Positions 52,863 through 64,000 of a stretch of 64,000 nt of DNA are shown here, in pieces (the stretch's first letter is position 1; each line of letters starts with the position of its first letter). The notes under the pieces were generated by a model. The model had not been told where the DNA came from. It did no database searches and saw nothing but the letters and a program-made list of their open reading frames with translations. Source of the DNA: Octopus sinensis (lineage: Eukaryota); assembly GCF_006345805.1 (NCBI RefSeq), contig NC_043021.1, positions 26,908,001 to 26,972,000 on the forward strand. Direction: 5' to 3'. Both the position numbers and the translations under genes were made by a program.

Positions 52863-53176
52863 GGAAGCAAGCTTCTTACCACACAGCCACGCATGCACCT
52901 TCCTTCAGGTATAGTGAAACTAAAGAGCTGCTGTTGGAAATCAATATACATATGCTTCAGAATAAAGTGAGTACAGAGTGCAATATTAACTGAATGACAA
53001 GGGAATATGGATTATGTAACCAACATTATTAGCTTACAGTGTTTCTGCTAAAAGATGTAGCACATTCAGAGCTGAATGCTTGTTGTGCATCACCTCAGGC
53101 CCTCTAAAATGAAGTACACTGCATCTAACAGCAGAAACAAATGTAAGCTACTGTAGTTTATTATGTAATTCCTGTT

Positions 53177-53391
53177 GAAGGCAGCAATCTGGCAGAATCG
53201 TTAGCATGCTGGACGAAATGCTTAGTGGTATTTTGCTCATCACTCCATTCTGAGTTCAAATTCCACTGAGGTTGACTTTGCCTTTCATCCTTTCAGGTTT
53301 GATAAAATATGTACCAGTCGAGCACTGGGGTCGATGTAATAAACTTATCCCCACTTCTCCCAGGCTTCCCTTGTGGCAAAAATCTGAAATA
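53177..53391 (+). mobile_element. SINE family B copy with 17-bp TSD
   Basis: ATTATGTAATTCCTGTT at 53160-53176 and 53392-53408. Head TGGCAGAATCG...GAGTTCAAATTCC (A/B boxes). Other copies at 680-875, 14935-15140, 16488-16700, 18000-18525, 20300-20510, 35472-35700, 45298-45492, 55315-56040. Confidence 0.88.
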
Positions 53392-53417
53392 ATTATGTAA
53401 TTCCTGTTTCCTTGCAA

Positions 53418-53645
53418 GGCTTAGTGATTAGGGTGTTGGACTTGTGATTGTAAAATCAGGATTTTCGTTCCTGGACTGAGTGATGCGTGGTGTTCTTGAG
53501 CGAAACACTTTGTTTCATGTTTCTCCATTCCACTCAGCAGGCATAAGTAAGTGTTCCTGTGATGGACAGGCATACCATCCAGTGGGGAATATATACACCA
53601 CAGAATCCAGGAAAGCAGCCTTATGAGCCAATGGTCTGGGAAAGC
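53418..53645 (+). mobile_element. SINE family E (tRNA-like head + GTGTTCTTGAGC..ACT core); other copies at 10427-10660, 8575-8722(-), 45610-45855(-)
   Basis: A/B-box-like head followed by the shared core and a CCTGTGATGGACAGGCATACCATCCAG block. Confidence 0.65.
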
Positions 53646-53662
53646 TCTTTGATATATATACA

Positions 53663-53711
<49 letters not shown>

Positions 53712-54134
53712 CATACTTTCATATATATTATATGTATAAAACAGTGTAATCTATGAGGGATTATCAATCCAGGCAAAATATATTATAAGCTCTCTGTTAG
53801 TACACCAGGCTAATAATATTGTTTAGATTAGTAAAGAACTCCGTGTATTCTTGTGGCAGGGTCCAATGGTATAGTCCATCAGCATTCTATATTGTAAATT
53901 TAGGGTTGTGCTCCAGTTATACTGGTTTTTGCACAAAGTAATATACAAGACAAATATATCCGATGGCCGGATAACTGAAGAAATGGTGGTGTGGATTTCC
54001 ACCTCAGCATCTGAAACTCAGAGTTTTATCTTGGCTACCATATAATTGTCATATATTATATTTACAGATAAATTCCTCTATTTACATAGTATTGAGGTCT
54101 CTTTCTTTCTTTTGTTATCTTACCATTTTTACCA

Positions 54135-54171
<37 letters not shown>

Positions 54172-54460
54172 TATATACACACACATATAATGGGATGGTC
54201 ACCATTGAAATACCTTTGATTATAGATCTGTTTAATAAGAGAACAGCTCTGTAGTTAAATGACAAGAACAACATGAACAATAATGGTGACAAGGAGGAGA
54301 TAATGATGATGAAAGAGGAAGAGCTGCAACAGGGTATGTAGAGTATGTGGCTGCTATTTTTAGCAAGTTGGATACGCAGTGCATAAAAATTTACCTTAGT
54401 CAGAGCAATGTAAGAGCATCGAATTTCAACTTACTCAGGACACCAATCTTATGGCTAACC

Positions 54461-54867
54461 CAGAGACATGCCACCTAGGTAGGCAAGGTAGGCAGTGCCT
54501 ACCCTGAATAAAATAGATTGATAGCAACGTTTTCCTTTCATGTCAAAATATGTACATAATTCAATAAAATTATGGAGGTTAGTCTGATTACTATGCATAA
54601 AATACAAAATGTTTTATTTTTTTGTAGATTAGGTAGGCATAATTCACCCCTGCTTTTCCATATCAGTAATTAAAATATGCATAGGACTGCTGTAGCACAC
54701 ATGCTGCATACATTCCTACAACAATGTTTTCTTTACGTACTACAAAGGCAGAAATAGATCTGCCTTCAACTCAGTCACACACCTGTGTTTCACTTGTTTT
54801 TTGTGTGTTTTACTACATAAAGGTCACCAACTGCCTACCCTGAGTAATTACTGGTGGCACGTGCCTG
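54461..54867. mobile_element. hAT-type MITE with 8-bp TSD
   Basis: TSD GGCTAACC at 54453-54460 and 54868-54875. TIRs CAGAGACATGCCACC and GGTGGCACGTGCCTG. Subterminal TGCCTACC motifs. Confidence 0.85.
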
Positions 54868-56071
54868 GGCTAACCCTAGTCTATACAGAAATGGTTATTT
54901 GTCACTCTGACTATACTAACTATAAGTGGGTTGTTGGATATATGTCTTGATTCTCATACTATATTTACTCCAACACCCAAGTTGGTATAATTCCTAAACT
55001 TTAATTCCTACGCAAATATTGATTTAAAATGTTGACACAAGGCCAACAAGTTTGTGGGGACCCCAGTGCACAACTGGTACTTATTTTATTGGCCCTGAAA
55101 GGATGAAAGACACAGCTGACCTCGGCACCTACAAATATTACAGTCGTTTTCATCTCTTTAAATTCGTTATTAATGTTGTCGTTTCTGTTGTGGAAAATAA
55201 TTTCAGGATTATCCTCATGCGTTGTCATTATTGCTCTCTCCCTATCTTACAGTTTCACTGAATCTCCACTGAATTGCCACTTTCTAAAGCAGTTTATTAT
55301 AATCATTATTTGCTAAGGCAGCAAGTTGGCAGAATTGTTTGCACACTGGGCAAAATGCTTGATGGTTTTTCATCCTCCTCCTCATCATCTTTGTTTAATG
55401 TCTGCCTTCCATGCTGGCATGAGTTGGGTAGTTTGACAGTAGCTGGCCAGGCAGGAGCCTGCACCAGACTTCTGTGTTGGTTTTGGCAGGGTTTTTACCT
55501 TTCAAATTCTTTTCAAATTCTTCCAAGCTTGACTTTGCCTTTCCTCCTTTTGGGGTCAATAAAATAAGTACTGGTCTTGTGCCAAAATTTGAAACCATTA
55601 TTATTATCACTATTAGGTGGCAGAAGCGTTAGCACGCCAGACAAAATGTTTAGTGGCATTTTGTCTATCTTTACATTCTGAGTTCAAATTCTGTTGAGGT
55701 CATCTTTACCTCTCATTCTTTTGGAGTCTATGAAACAAGTACCAGTTAAGCAGTGGGGCTGATGTCATCAACTTAACCCTTGTCCCCAAATTTCAGCCCT
55801 TGTATCTATAGTAGAAAGGATTATTATTATTATTATTATTAGTAGAATCATTCGCATGCTGGACAAAATGCTTAGCAGCATTTAGTCTATTTTTACATTC
55901 TGAGTTTGAATTATGCCAAGGTTTACAATGTCCTTCATTTTTTCAGGGTCAATGAAATAGATACCAGTTAAGTAATGGGGTTGATGTAATTGATTAAACC
56001 CCTTCCCCCAGAATTTCAGACCTTGTGCCTATTGAAGAAAGAATTATTATTATTATCATTATTATTATTAT

Positions 56072-56471
56072 TACTCTTTACTCTTTTACTCTTTTACTTG
56101 TTTCAGTCATTTGACTGCGGCCATGCTGGAGCACCGCCTTTAATTGAGCAACTCGACCCCGGGACTTATTCTTTTGTAAGCCCAGTACTTATTCTATCGG
56201 TCTCTTTTGCCGAACCGTTAAATAACGGGGACATAAACACACCAGCATCGGTTGTCAAGCAATGCTAGGGGAACAAACACAGACACACAAACACACACAC
56301 GCATATATATACATATATACGACAGGCTTCTTTCAGTTTCCGTCTACCAAATCCACTCACAAGGCTTTGGTCGGCCCGAGGCTTAGTAGAAGACACTTGC
56401 CCAAGGTGCCACGCAGTGGGACTGAACCCGGAACCATGTGGTTGGTAAACAAGCTACTTACCACACAGCCA
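56072..56471 (-). mobile_element. SINE family A, young near-complete copy (tRNA-like head, internal (TA/TG)n, (AGAGTAAA)n-like tail)
   Basis: Head TGGCTGTGTGGT...GGGTTCAGTCCC with CpGs intact. About 18 further copies in the window, e.g. 1-345, 1893-2260, 2872-3200, 3884-4302, 7716-8050, 12080-12475, 23575-23940, 32585-32940, 33680-34150. Confidence 0.9.
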
Positions 56472-56719
56472 TTTTAAAACTACTATAAAACTACAATAAA
56501 ACTACTATTAAGTAGTTTTATTTTTATATCGTGCTTTCACTTCACTACCAAGTGCAGCTCTGTGTGCCTTGGATATGTGCTGTGGTTTGTTGTAATGCTC
56601 TTATGGTTACTGCATTGAAAATGTTTTACATAGGATGTATGCAGTGCCTAGTAATGCTATTTTCTGTATGTCATATATATTTGCTAGTCCTAGTATTTTT
56701 GTTATGTATTTTGTTATGT

Positions 56720-58036
56720 CATCATCATCATCATCATCATTTAGCGTCCGCTTTCCATGCTAGCATGGGCTGGACGGTTCAACTGGGGTCTGTGAAGCTG
56801 GAAGGCTTCGTCAGGCCCAGTCAGATCTGGCAGTGTTTCTACGGCTGGATGCCCTTCCTAACGCCAACCACTCCGTGAGTGTAGTGGGTGTTTTTTACGT
56901 GCCACCTGCACAGGTGCCAGACAGAGCTGGCAAATGGCCACGAACGGATGGTGCTTTTACGTGTCACCGGCATTGGGCCAGGCGATGCTGGCAACGGACA
57001 CGAACGGATGGTGCTTTTACGTGCCACCGACACGGGGCCAGACAGAGCTGGCAAACGGCCACGAACGGACGGTGCTTTTACGTGTCACCGGCACGGGGGC
57101 CAGGCGAGGCTGGCAACAGACACGAACGGATGGTGCTTTTACGTGCCACCGACATGGGGGCCAGACAGAGCTGGCAAACGGCCACGAACGGACGGTGCTT
57201 TTACGTGTCACCGGCACGGGGGCCAGGCGAGGCTGGCAACAGACACGAATGGATGGTGCTTTTACATGCCACCGACACGGGGGCCAGACAGAGCTGGCAA
57301 ACGGCCACGAGCGAATGGTGCTGTTACGTATCACCGACACGGGTGCCAGACGAGGCTGGCAGTGGACATGAACGGATGGTTCACTTAACCCCTGCTTTCT
57401 GATATATGATTTATGATTTGATTTTGATTGTTCTCACTGGTCTTGCCGGGTCTTCTGACGCACAGCATACTTCCATAGGTCTCGGTCTCTGGTCATTTCC
57501 TTGGTGAGACCTAGAGTTTGAAGGTCGTGCTTCACCACCTCGACCCAGGTTTTCCTGGGTCTACCTCTTCCGCAGGTCCCCTCAACTGCCAGGGTGTGGC
57601 ACTTTTTCACACACCTATCTTCATCCATTCTCACCACATGACCATACCAGCGCAATCGTCTCTCTTGCACACAACATCTGATGCCTCTTAGGTCCAACTT
57701 TTCTCTCAAGGTACTTACACTCTGTCGACTATAAACACTGACATTACACATCCAACGGAGCATACTAGCTTCATTTCTCGCGAGCTTACGCAAATCCTCA
57801 GCAGTCACAGCCCAAGTTTCACTACCATGTAGCATGGCTGTACGTACACATGCATCATACAGTCTGCCTTTTACTCTGAGCGAGAGGCCTTTTGTCACCA
57901 GCAGGGGTAAGAGCTCTCTAAACTTTGCCCAGGCTATTCTTACTCTAGCAGTTACACTTTCAGCACACCCGCCCCCGCTACTGACTTGGTCACCTAGGTA
58001 GCGGAAGCTATCAACTACTTCTAGTTTTTCTCCCTG
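56720..58036 (-). mobile_element. RTE-clade LINE family 1, 5'-truncated copy with expanded 3'-UTR tandem array
   Basis: Open frame 57434-58036 (QGEKLEVVDSFRYLG...KYAVRQKTRQDQ) nearly identical to 28665-29268. (CAT)n tail at 56720. Confidence 0.95.
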
Positions 58037-58040
58037 TGTG

Positions 58041-58075
<35 letters not shown>

Positions 58076-58668
58076 TTTTCCTTCTTTCTTCAAATTTTCT
58101 TCCGTTTCTCGATGAGTGTTTTCCGTACACCTCGGGCAGAGAAGCTCATTGTATGCATTCCCAGATTACACATGCAAATTCACAGGTAAATTAGGTATTT
58201 TAAAAAATTAATAAATAAATAAATTCCTGAATGGATGTTGTTTTCACAGCGATAATGCTCTTCTCAGTACATGAGCCGTTCCAGTTAACACGATTTTTTG
58301 CACTTCCTGTAGGGATGGTAAGCCTGGAATCATTTTCAAATAGATTTCGGTACCTTTTGTTTTAATCATTCCTAGAGATCCTACAATCACTGGTCCTGTA
58401 GTCGCCTTGAGATGCCACATTTCTTCAATTTCTATTAGCAAGTCTTTATATTTACTGATCTTGTCAAATTCTTTTGCCGCTATATTGTGATCGTAAGGAA
58501 TACTCATGTCAATTAATAAACATATCTTTTTTGTCGGATCTTTTATGATAATATCCAGTTTATTAGCTTTTATAGTTTTGTCGGTATGTATGGGAAAGTC
58601 CCATAGAATCGACACATTTTCTCCCTCAGTCACAGCTTCAGGATGGTGATTATACCATCTGTCAGCAG

Positions 58669-58670
<2 letters not shown>
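58076..58670 (-). mobile_element. R4/Dong-clade non-LTR retrotransposon 3' fragment (restriction-like endonuclease) inside (TAA)n
   Basis: ORF 58244-58633: ILWDFPIHTD..ANKLDIII..LLIDMSIP..K..KYKDL..PVIVGSLG..QKIVL.GTAHVLR (PD-(D/E)xK RLE region). Flanked on both sides by (TTA)n. Confidence 0.88.
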
Positions 58671-58703
<33 letters not shown>

Positions 58704-58969
58704 GGGATGCTGTCAGGTGCTCACCACTCTTTACCAGCTGGGCAATGCAGTTAGTGGAAGCTTGATATTAACAATACATAGAGAACAGGTGAGTGGTTAG
58801 AGCAATGATGTTCTCAGATAAATGAGGATGAACTAGTTGGTCTGTTCCGGAGGGCTTTTTAACCAGGAACTACTATGGATAACTTCCAGAAATCCCTGGG
58901 TTGGCAGTTTTACCAATGGGCATTGCTGGTTCAAGATAAACTCTACAGGCAGGACTGCCCAATATGTTT

Positions 58970-59180
58970 GAGGGAGTGCAGAAAAGTTCCTGGCTTTAGG
59001 TAAAAGAAAATACACGGGAATCAGTTAATTATGATTTTATTCAACATATTTCCCTCTCAGATTCACACACTTACTGTAGCAGTCCTTCAGTTTTTCTAAG
59101 TTGTGAAACAGAACTCGGAAGGTTGGGTCTCCAACCAGGCTGTTCATGTTACCTTAAAGCCAGGAACTTTTCAGCACCCC
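58970..59180. mobile_element. mariner-type MITE
   Basis: ~26-bp TIRs GAGTGCAGAAAAGTTCCTGGCTTTA and TAAAGCCAGGAACTTTTCAGCACCCC. Confidence 0.8.
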
Positions 59181-59248
59181 ATTACATGCAGAGCAATGAA
59201 AATTAACTGCATGCTCTCATTGCTGACTTGTGGAGTTATTTTGAACAG

Positions 59249-59299
59249 CTGTTGTTACATGTAGGATGAACCCAGCTGTCAGCCAAGTCTATTGCAAAG
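59249..59299 (+). other. candidate 51-nt plus-strand exon (..VVTCRMNPAVSQVYCK)
   Basis: Acceptor TTTTGAACAG| and donor AAG|GTAAGA. One open frame. Confidence 0.2.
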
Positions 59300-61039
59300 G
59301 TAAGAATTTCCCTACCATCTGCTTTAAATGAGGCAGGGCTGGCAGTGTTGCTCTGTTTGGTGGTTGCTAAGGCGGAAGAGGTTGTGTGGTGGATGAGGCT
59401 GAAAGGAATGAGTAAAGACACCTTCGACTTTGGTCAAGCACTCATCAAACTTTTTAGGATTGAATTGGGAAGAAAAGTGAGGATAGAGAGGAAAGAACTC
59501 TCTCCCAGCAAATTTAAGAAAAGGAAGGTCACTGTAGCAAAAAAACAAAAAAATGGTGGGTCAACAACAACAACAATACACAGACACAGACATACACACA
59601 CACATACACACTCACACATGCACAAAAACATATATACATCATCATCATCATCATCATGAAATGTCTGTTTTCCAGCTGGTATAGTTTGGACAATTTGACT
59701 GGAGCTGGCAAGCCAGAAGACTGCACCAGCCTTGCTGTCTGTTTTGATATAATTTTTCCTGCTGGATGCCCTTCCTAATGCCGACCTTCTCTATATATGT
59801 GCCTATAGATTGGAGAACAACTATTTGGTGAGGGCTTGAGCCTTTGGTTGTCTGGGTGGTCCTAAGTCTGTAGGGTTTCGTGATTGGCTTGGTTCTTCCT
59901 CCCCATAATGTTACTCCAATGGAATTCCTTCCCAGTACCTATTTCCTGCAGTTACCAATTTACAACAGTATAAGCAAAATATTGACCATTTCAGTATAAC
60001 TGGCCTTGGAGGACCCTGGAAGACCATGGCACCTCATTTCCCCACAGTAAATGACCAAGCTAATGTAAAAAAGAAAACAAGGAGAGATATGTTGGATAAT
60101 GTAGTCTTAGATGAATAAGAAAAGTAAGATGGGATAGTCACATCAGGAACGTTTCTGCCAGCTCGACGCACTACCACTACCACCACGACTACGACACCCC
60201 TTCCACCACCACCAACACCACGACCACCACCACAACCACTACCACTACTACCAACACCACTGTCACCACCACCACCACCACCACCACCACTACCACTACT
60301 ACCAACACCACTGTCACCACCACTACCACTACTACTACCAACACCACTGTCACCATCACTACCACCACCACCCAATCAAAATCAAAACCATCATTGTTGC
60401 CCCCCCCCCCTACAATCATCACAACCACCAGTCACCATCACCATTACTGCTGCAATACGAAATGCACAAATGGCAGCATCAAGTGCTCCAGCTTGGCACT
60501 GTTCCCTCTCTTTCATGCTGTGCCAAATGGGTTGGTGGCACTCTTGGGAGAATGGAACAAAAACAAAACCAACAATTAATATAGAATTATTGGAAAACAT
60601 TGAAACGGGGCTGTTGTAGGGTCTTCATGTTTCCTTCAATTCCTACTCAACGCATGAAAAGGTTATAGGCATCATCGTCATTGTCTCATCATCATCATCA
60701 TCAACAGCAGTAGCAGCAGCTGTAGTACCACCATCAACACTGCTACCGTCTCTACCATCCTCATCCTCATCATCACCATGGCTACCACCATCGTCTCCAT
60801 CATCATCATCATCATCATCTTCTTCTTCTTCGTTGTAGTTGTCAATGTCATCCTCAACACCATCCCTTTGTTGAACAGATTATCTTACTAGCTCAGTAAC
60901 TCAGTAACTCACCCCTTGTGCTAATCCCTTTTCATCTCCTTTGTAAGATTTAGACTCCTGAGATCCGTCTTCATGAATTCTTTTCCCAAGTCAAGGGAAA
61001 TCCTGGTCATGTGACTGGCAGCCATACTGGTGGCATTGA

Positions 61040-61506
61040 CCTCACAGAGTTAAAGTGGCTGAGTTCCTTTCGAGTGTAGGGCCTCGTGGAGGCAAAGTGG
61101 CCAAGTTCCTTTGAGTGTAGGGCCTCGTGGAGGCAAAGTGGCCAAGTTCCTTTGAGTGTTGGGCCTCACGGAGGCAAAGGGTCTGAGTTCCATTTGAGTG
61201 TAGGGCCTCGTGGAGGCAATGACTGAGGCCTTTGGCATTATGTAAGTGTTTGAGAAGAAAACCCATCAACCTGAGCAAAATTGCAGTTGTGGCAGATACC
61301 AATGTCACGCAAATGGCACCCATGTCAGTGGTACGTAATAGCACCCATTACACTCTCAGAGTTGTTGGCATTAGGAAGGGTATCCAGCCATTGAAAACCA
61401 TGCCAAATCAAACTGGAGTCTGGTGCAGCCTTCCAGCTTACCAGCCCTGGTCCAACTATCTAACCCATGGACAACGGACGTTAAATGATGATGATGATGA
61501 TGATGA
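61040..61506 (+). mobile_element. RTE-type 3' end of a different subfamily with a 41-bp tandem array
   Basis: Four 41-42-bp units (61052-61217) followed by a family-1-like terminal region and (GAT)n tail. Confidence 0.75.
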
Positions 61507-61514
61507 TATATACA

Positions 61515-61970
61515 TTTTTATTACCTTCAAAGTATTCTCCATTTGAAGCAATGCATTGGTCAAGATGTATTTTTCTCTGTTGGAAGCAGTCCTAGAACTC
61601 TTGTGAAGTGATGCCTTTTAATGCCTCCATCATTTTTTCTTTACCTCTTCTGCATCTACAAATTCCTTAGCACCAGTGATAACCTTCGAAAAGAGTTCAG
61701 GATTAACTTCCTCCATGAGCAAGCGAGACACAAATTTTGCTGCAACTCTTTTCTTTTGTAATTCCTCACTCAAAATTTGTTGGCAGGTGCTCTGGGTCAT
61801 ACCAGTCATATCAACAAGTTCAGTGACGGTCCTCCAAGATCAGTTCCTGAATTTTCATGTATTCATTTGTTTGGGAGGTCGACGGTCACCTTGAATGAGG
61901 TTGGTCCTTAAGCGACAAGTGACCATTACTAAAACATGAAAACCATTTGTAAGCTTGTGATTTGCTCATA
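61515..61970 (-). mobile_element. mariner-like transposase remnant (internally deleted)
   Basis: AYKWFSCFSNGHLSLKDQPHSR*PST (mariner HTH-like region) and C-terminal CIASNGEYFEG. Confidence 0.75.
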
Positions 61971-61981
61971 TATATATATGT

Positions 61982-62047
<66 letters not shown>

Positions 62048-62055
62048 AACACATG

Positions 62056-63309
62056 CAGGAAGTAAATAGACACCTTTAATTTTCAAAATCTTTTATTTAA
62101 TACACAAAGTGAACAATTGAAATGTAATCAATAGGTAGGACTACATACTTTAGTATTTAGTTGACATTTCCTTTGCAGTTTTTAATTCAGAAACTCTTTT
62201 TGGCATTGGACTGATGAGCTTTGTGATTGTCTCTTGTGGAATTTCTCCCCACTTTTCATGCAACAATCGAAACAATTCATCTTTAGATTTAGGTTTCTGT
62301 CAAGTTTTTCATATAGCTAGTATGCTCCAAAGATTTTCAATTGGGATCATGTCAGGAGATTGGCTCAGCCAAGGAAGCTTTTTGATCCCATTTTCAGGCA
62401 ACGATTGTTGATTCCTTTTCACTGTGTGGCATGGAGCCCCATCTTCCATGAATAAAACTCATTTTTCATTATGTTATTGTGTGAATACATCGGAAGTAGT
62501 CCTTGTTTAAGTATTTCGATGTATTTTTCAGAGTTTATGGTTCCAACACATTCAATTAGCTCAGAACGACCACTGCTGGTGACAGCTCCCTATACCATTA
62601 CAGAGATACTGTCATGTTTCACAGTTGGTTGGAGTTGTTTCAAATCAAATTCTTGATTGGGAAGCCTCCAAACCCAAACCCGAACACATCCACTGTCTGA
62701 AAATAATGCAAATCTGGATTCATCTGAGAAAATCACTCTATCCCAAAAGGAATTGGATTTTTCTGACATCTCCTTAGCCCATTTCTTTCTTTTCATGATA
62801 TTAATTGGTTGAAGGAGAAATTTTCTTCTAGCTTCTTGCCCATAAAATCCAAGCTTATGCAGATATGTAACACACGTTCTTGGACTAACTTCTAGCTGTT
62901 TTGCAATGTCAGAAGCCCTTGAACAGGGTTCATTTTCCACAATTCTCTCCAAACAGCGAAGCTTCCTTTCTGAGGAGCCAGGTCGTCCAGGACGAGAATC
63001 TGTTGATTCTTTTGCTTGGCTTTTGAATTGCCCTATAATTCTATTAACAGTAGCAAGAAGAATTTGAAGATTTTCGGCAATTTTTTGCTGGCTAAGACCA
63101 GCCTCAGATTACCCGACAATACAACCTCTTTGAAAATCTGACAGTTCTGCTGAATTTTTTGTGCGCAGCATGGTTACTTTTTGCAAATGTTTAATATAAT
63201 GGTAACTGGAATGGGAAAGAGTAATTACATTGTAAATTCTACACCGCTGAAAACATTAAGACACTTAGATCAGAAATTTTGAAAATAAAAGGTGTCTATT
63301 TACGGCCAG
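62056..63309 (-). mobile_element. Full-length decayed Tc1-family DNA transposon
   Basis: TIRs GTAAATAGACACCTTTAATTTTCAAAAT (62062-62089) and ATTTTGAAAATAAAAGGTGTCTATTTAC (63276-63303). Confidence 0.9.
62150..63171 (-). pseudogene. Tc1 DDE transposase pseudogene
   Basis: MLRTKNSAELSDFQRGCIVG*, VIFSDES, FMEDGAPCH, SPDMIPIENLW and ...STKY* motifs, with internal stops. Confidence 0.9.
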
Positions 63310-63499
63310 GTTGGGGCAATCTTGAGTATAACCAGCTGAAATTGCAATGATATTCTGGAATTTGACTGAAGAAAGAAAACTCCGAATGACCCATCCTTGT
63401 TCTCTTTGTATCGTCTATCTGGATGTTTTGTTGTTCCTTTCTTGTGTCACCTAACTGTCTGGATGTTTTGCGTTCTTGTCCCATTTTGTATTTTTTTAC

Positions 63500-63546
<47 letters not shown>

Positions 63547-63547
63547 C

Positions 63548-63578
<31 letters not shown>

Positions 63579-63621
63579 TATATGTATATATGTATATATA
63601 TGTGTATATATATATATATAT

Positions 63622-64000
63622 ATCATCATCATCATCATCATCGTTTAACGTCTGCTTTCCATGCTAGCATGGGTTGGATGGTTCAACTGGGGTCTGAGAA
63701 GCCCGAAGGCTGCACCAGGCCAGTAAGATCTGGCAGTGTTTCTACAGCTGGATGCCCTTCCTAACGCCAACCACTCTGTGAGTGTAGTGGGTGCTTTTTA
63801 CGTGCCACCGACACTGGTGCCAGACGAAGCTGGCGAACGTCCACGCTTGGATGGTCCTTTTTATGTGCCACCGGCACGGGGGCCAGGCGAGGCTGGCAAC
63901 AGCCATGATCGGATGGTGTTTTTTTATGTGCCACCAGCATGAGGCCAGTCGGGGCGGCACTGGCAATGGCCACGTTCGGATGGTTCCCTTACGTGCTACC
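63622..64000 (-). mobile_element. RTE family 1 3' end (continues past the window)
   Basis: (CAT)n tail, same terminal ~140 bp and tandem units as the 56720 copy. Confidence 0.9.

Larger units (their letters stand above)
50871..52900 (-). mobile_element. SINE family A host copy interrupted by an RTE tail (51079-51300) and the ORF1-only element
   Basis: Collinear SINE-A segments at 50871-51078, 51305-51435 and 52863-52900. Confidence 0.85.

Noticed and set aside
52213-52993. 233-aa and 136-aa plus-strand ORFs
   Set aside because: Antisense shadows of the GC-rich ORF1 on the minus strand.
56897-57385. CRISPR-like periodic array
   Set aside because: Whole units repeat with no unique spacers, it lies in a LINE 3' UTR, there are no cas genes, and the context is eukaryotic.
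61052-61217. CRISPR-like palindromic repeats
   Set aside because: Contiguous tandem units without spacers, attached to an RTE tail.

Overview
Eukaryotic, AT-rich, repeat-saturated DNA. The SINE/RTE families and (TA)n/(TACA)n tracts look like an octopus (coleoid cephalopod) genome; this is recognition from memory, not a database result. Most ORF-track entries are microsatellite artefacts. The real coding remnants are all transposon-derived: three long copies plus many 3' tails of one RTE-clade LINE (with a PHD-type finger inside its RT region), a second RTE-1-like LINE, an R4/Dong-type restriction-like-endonuclease fragment inside (TAA)n, a full-length decayed Tc1, mariner/maT remnants, hAT and mariner MITEs, and a non-autonomous Helitron. 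The most notable element is a 1.43-kb ORF1-only (CCHC gag-like, L1/Tx1-type) retroelement with a perfect 15-bp TSD, inserted in sense orientation inside the tRNA-derived head of a SINE. Also notable are a SINE that shares its 3' tail with a neighbouring LINE, a minimal hammerhead ribozyme motif, hairpin-bearing tandem arrays in LINE 3' UTRs, and a head-to-tail chain of about 12 SINEs. A CpG-retaining zone (~42.7-50.9 kb) and several splice-site-bounded segments suggest the 5' end of a large minus-strand host gene, but I cannot identify it.
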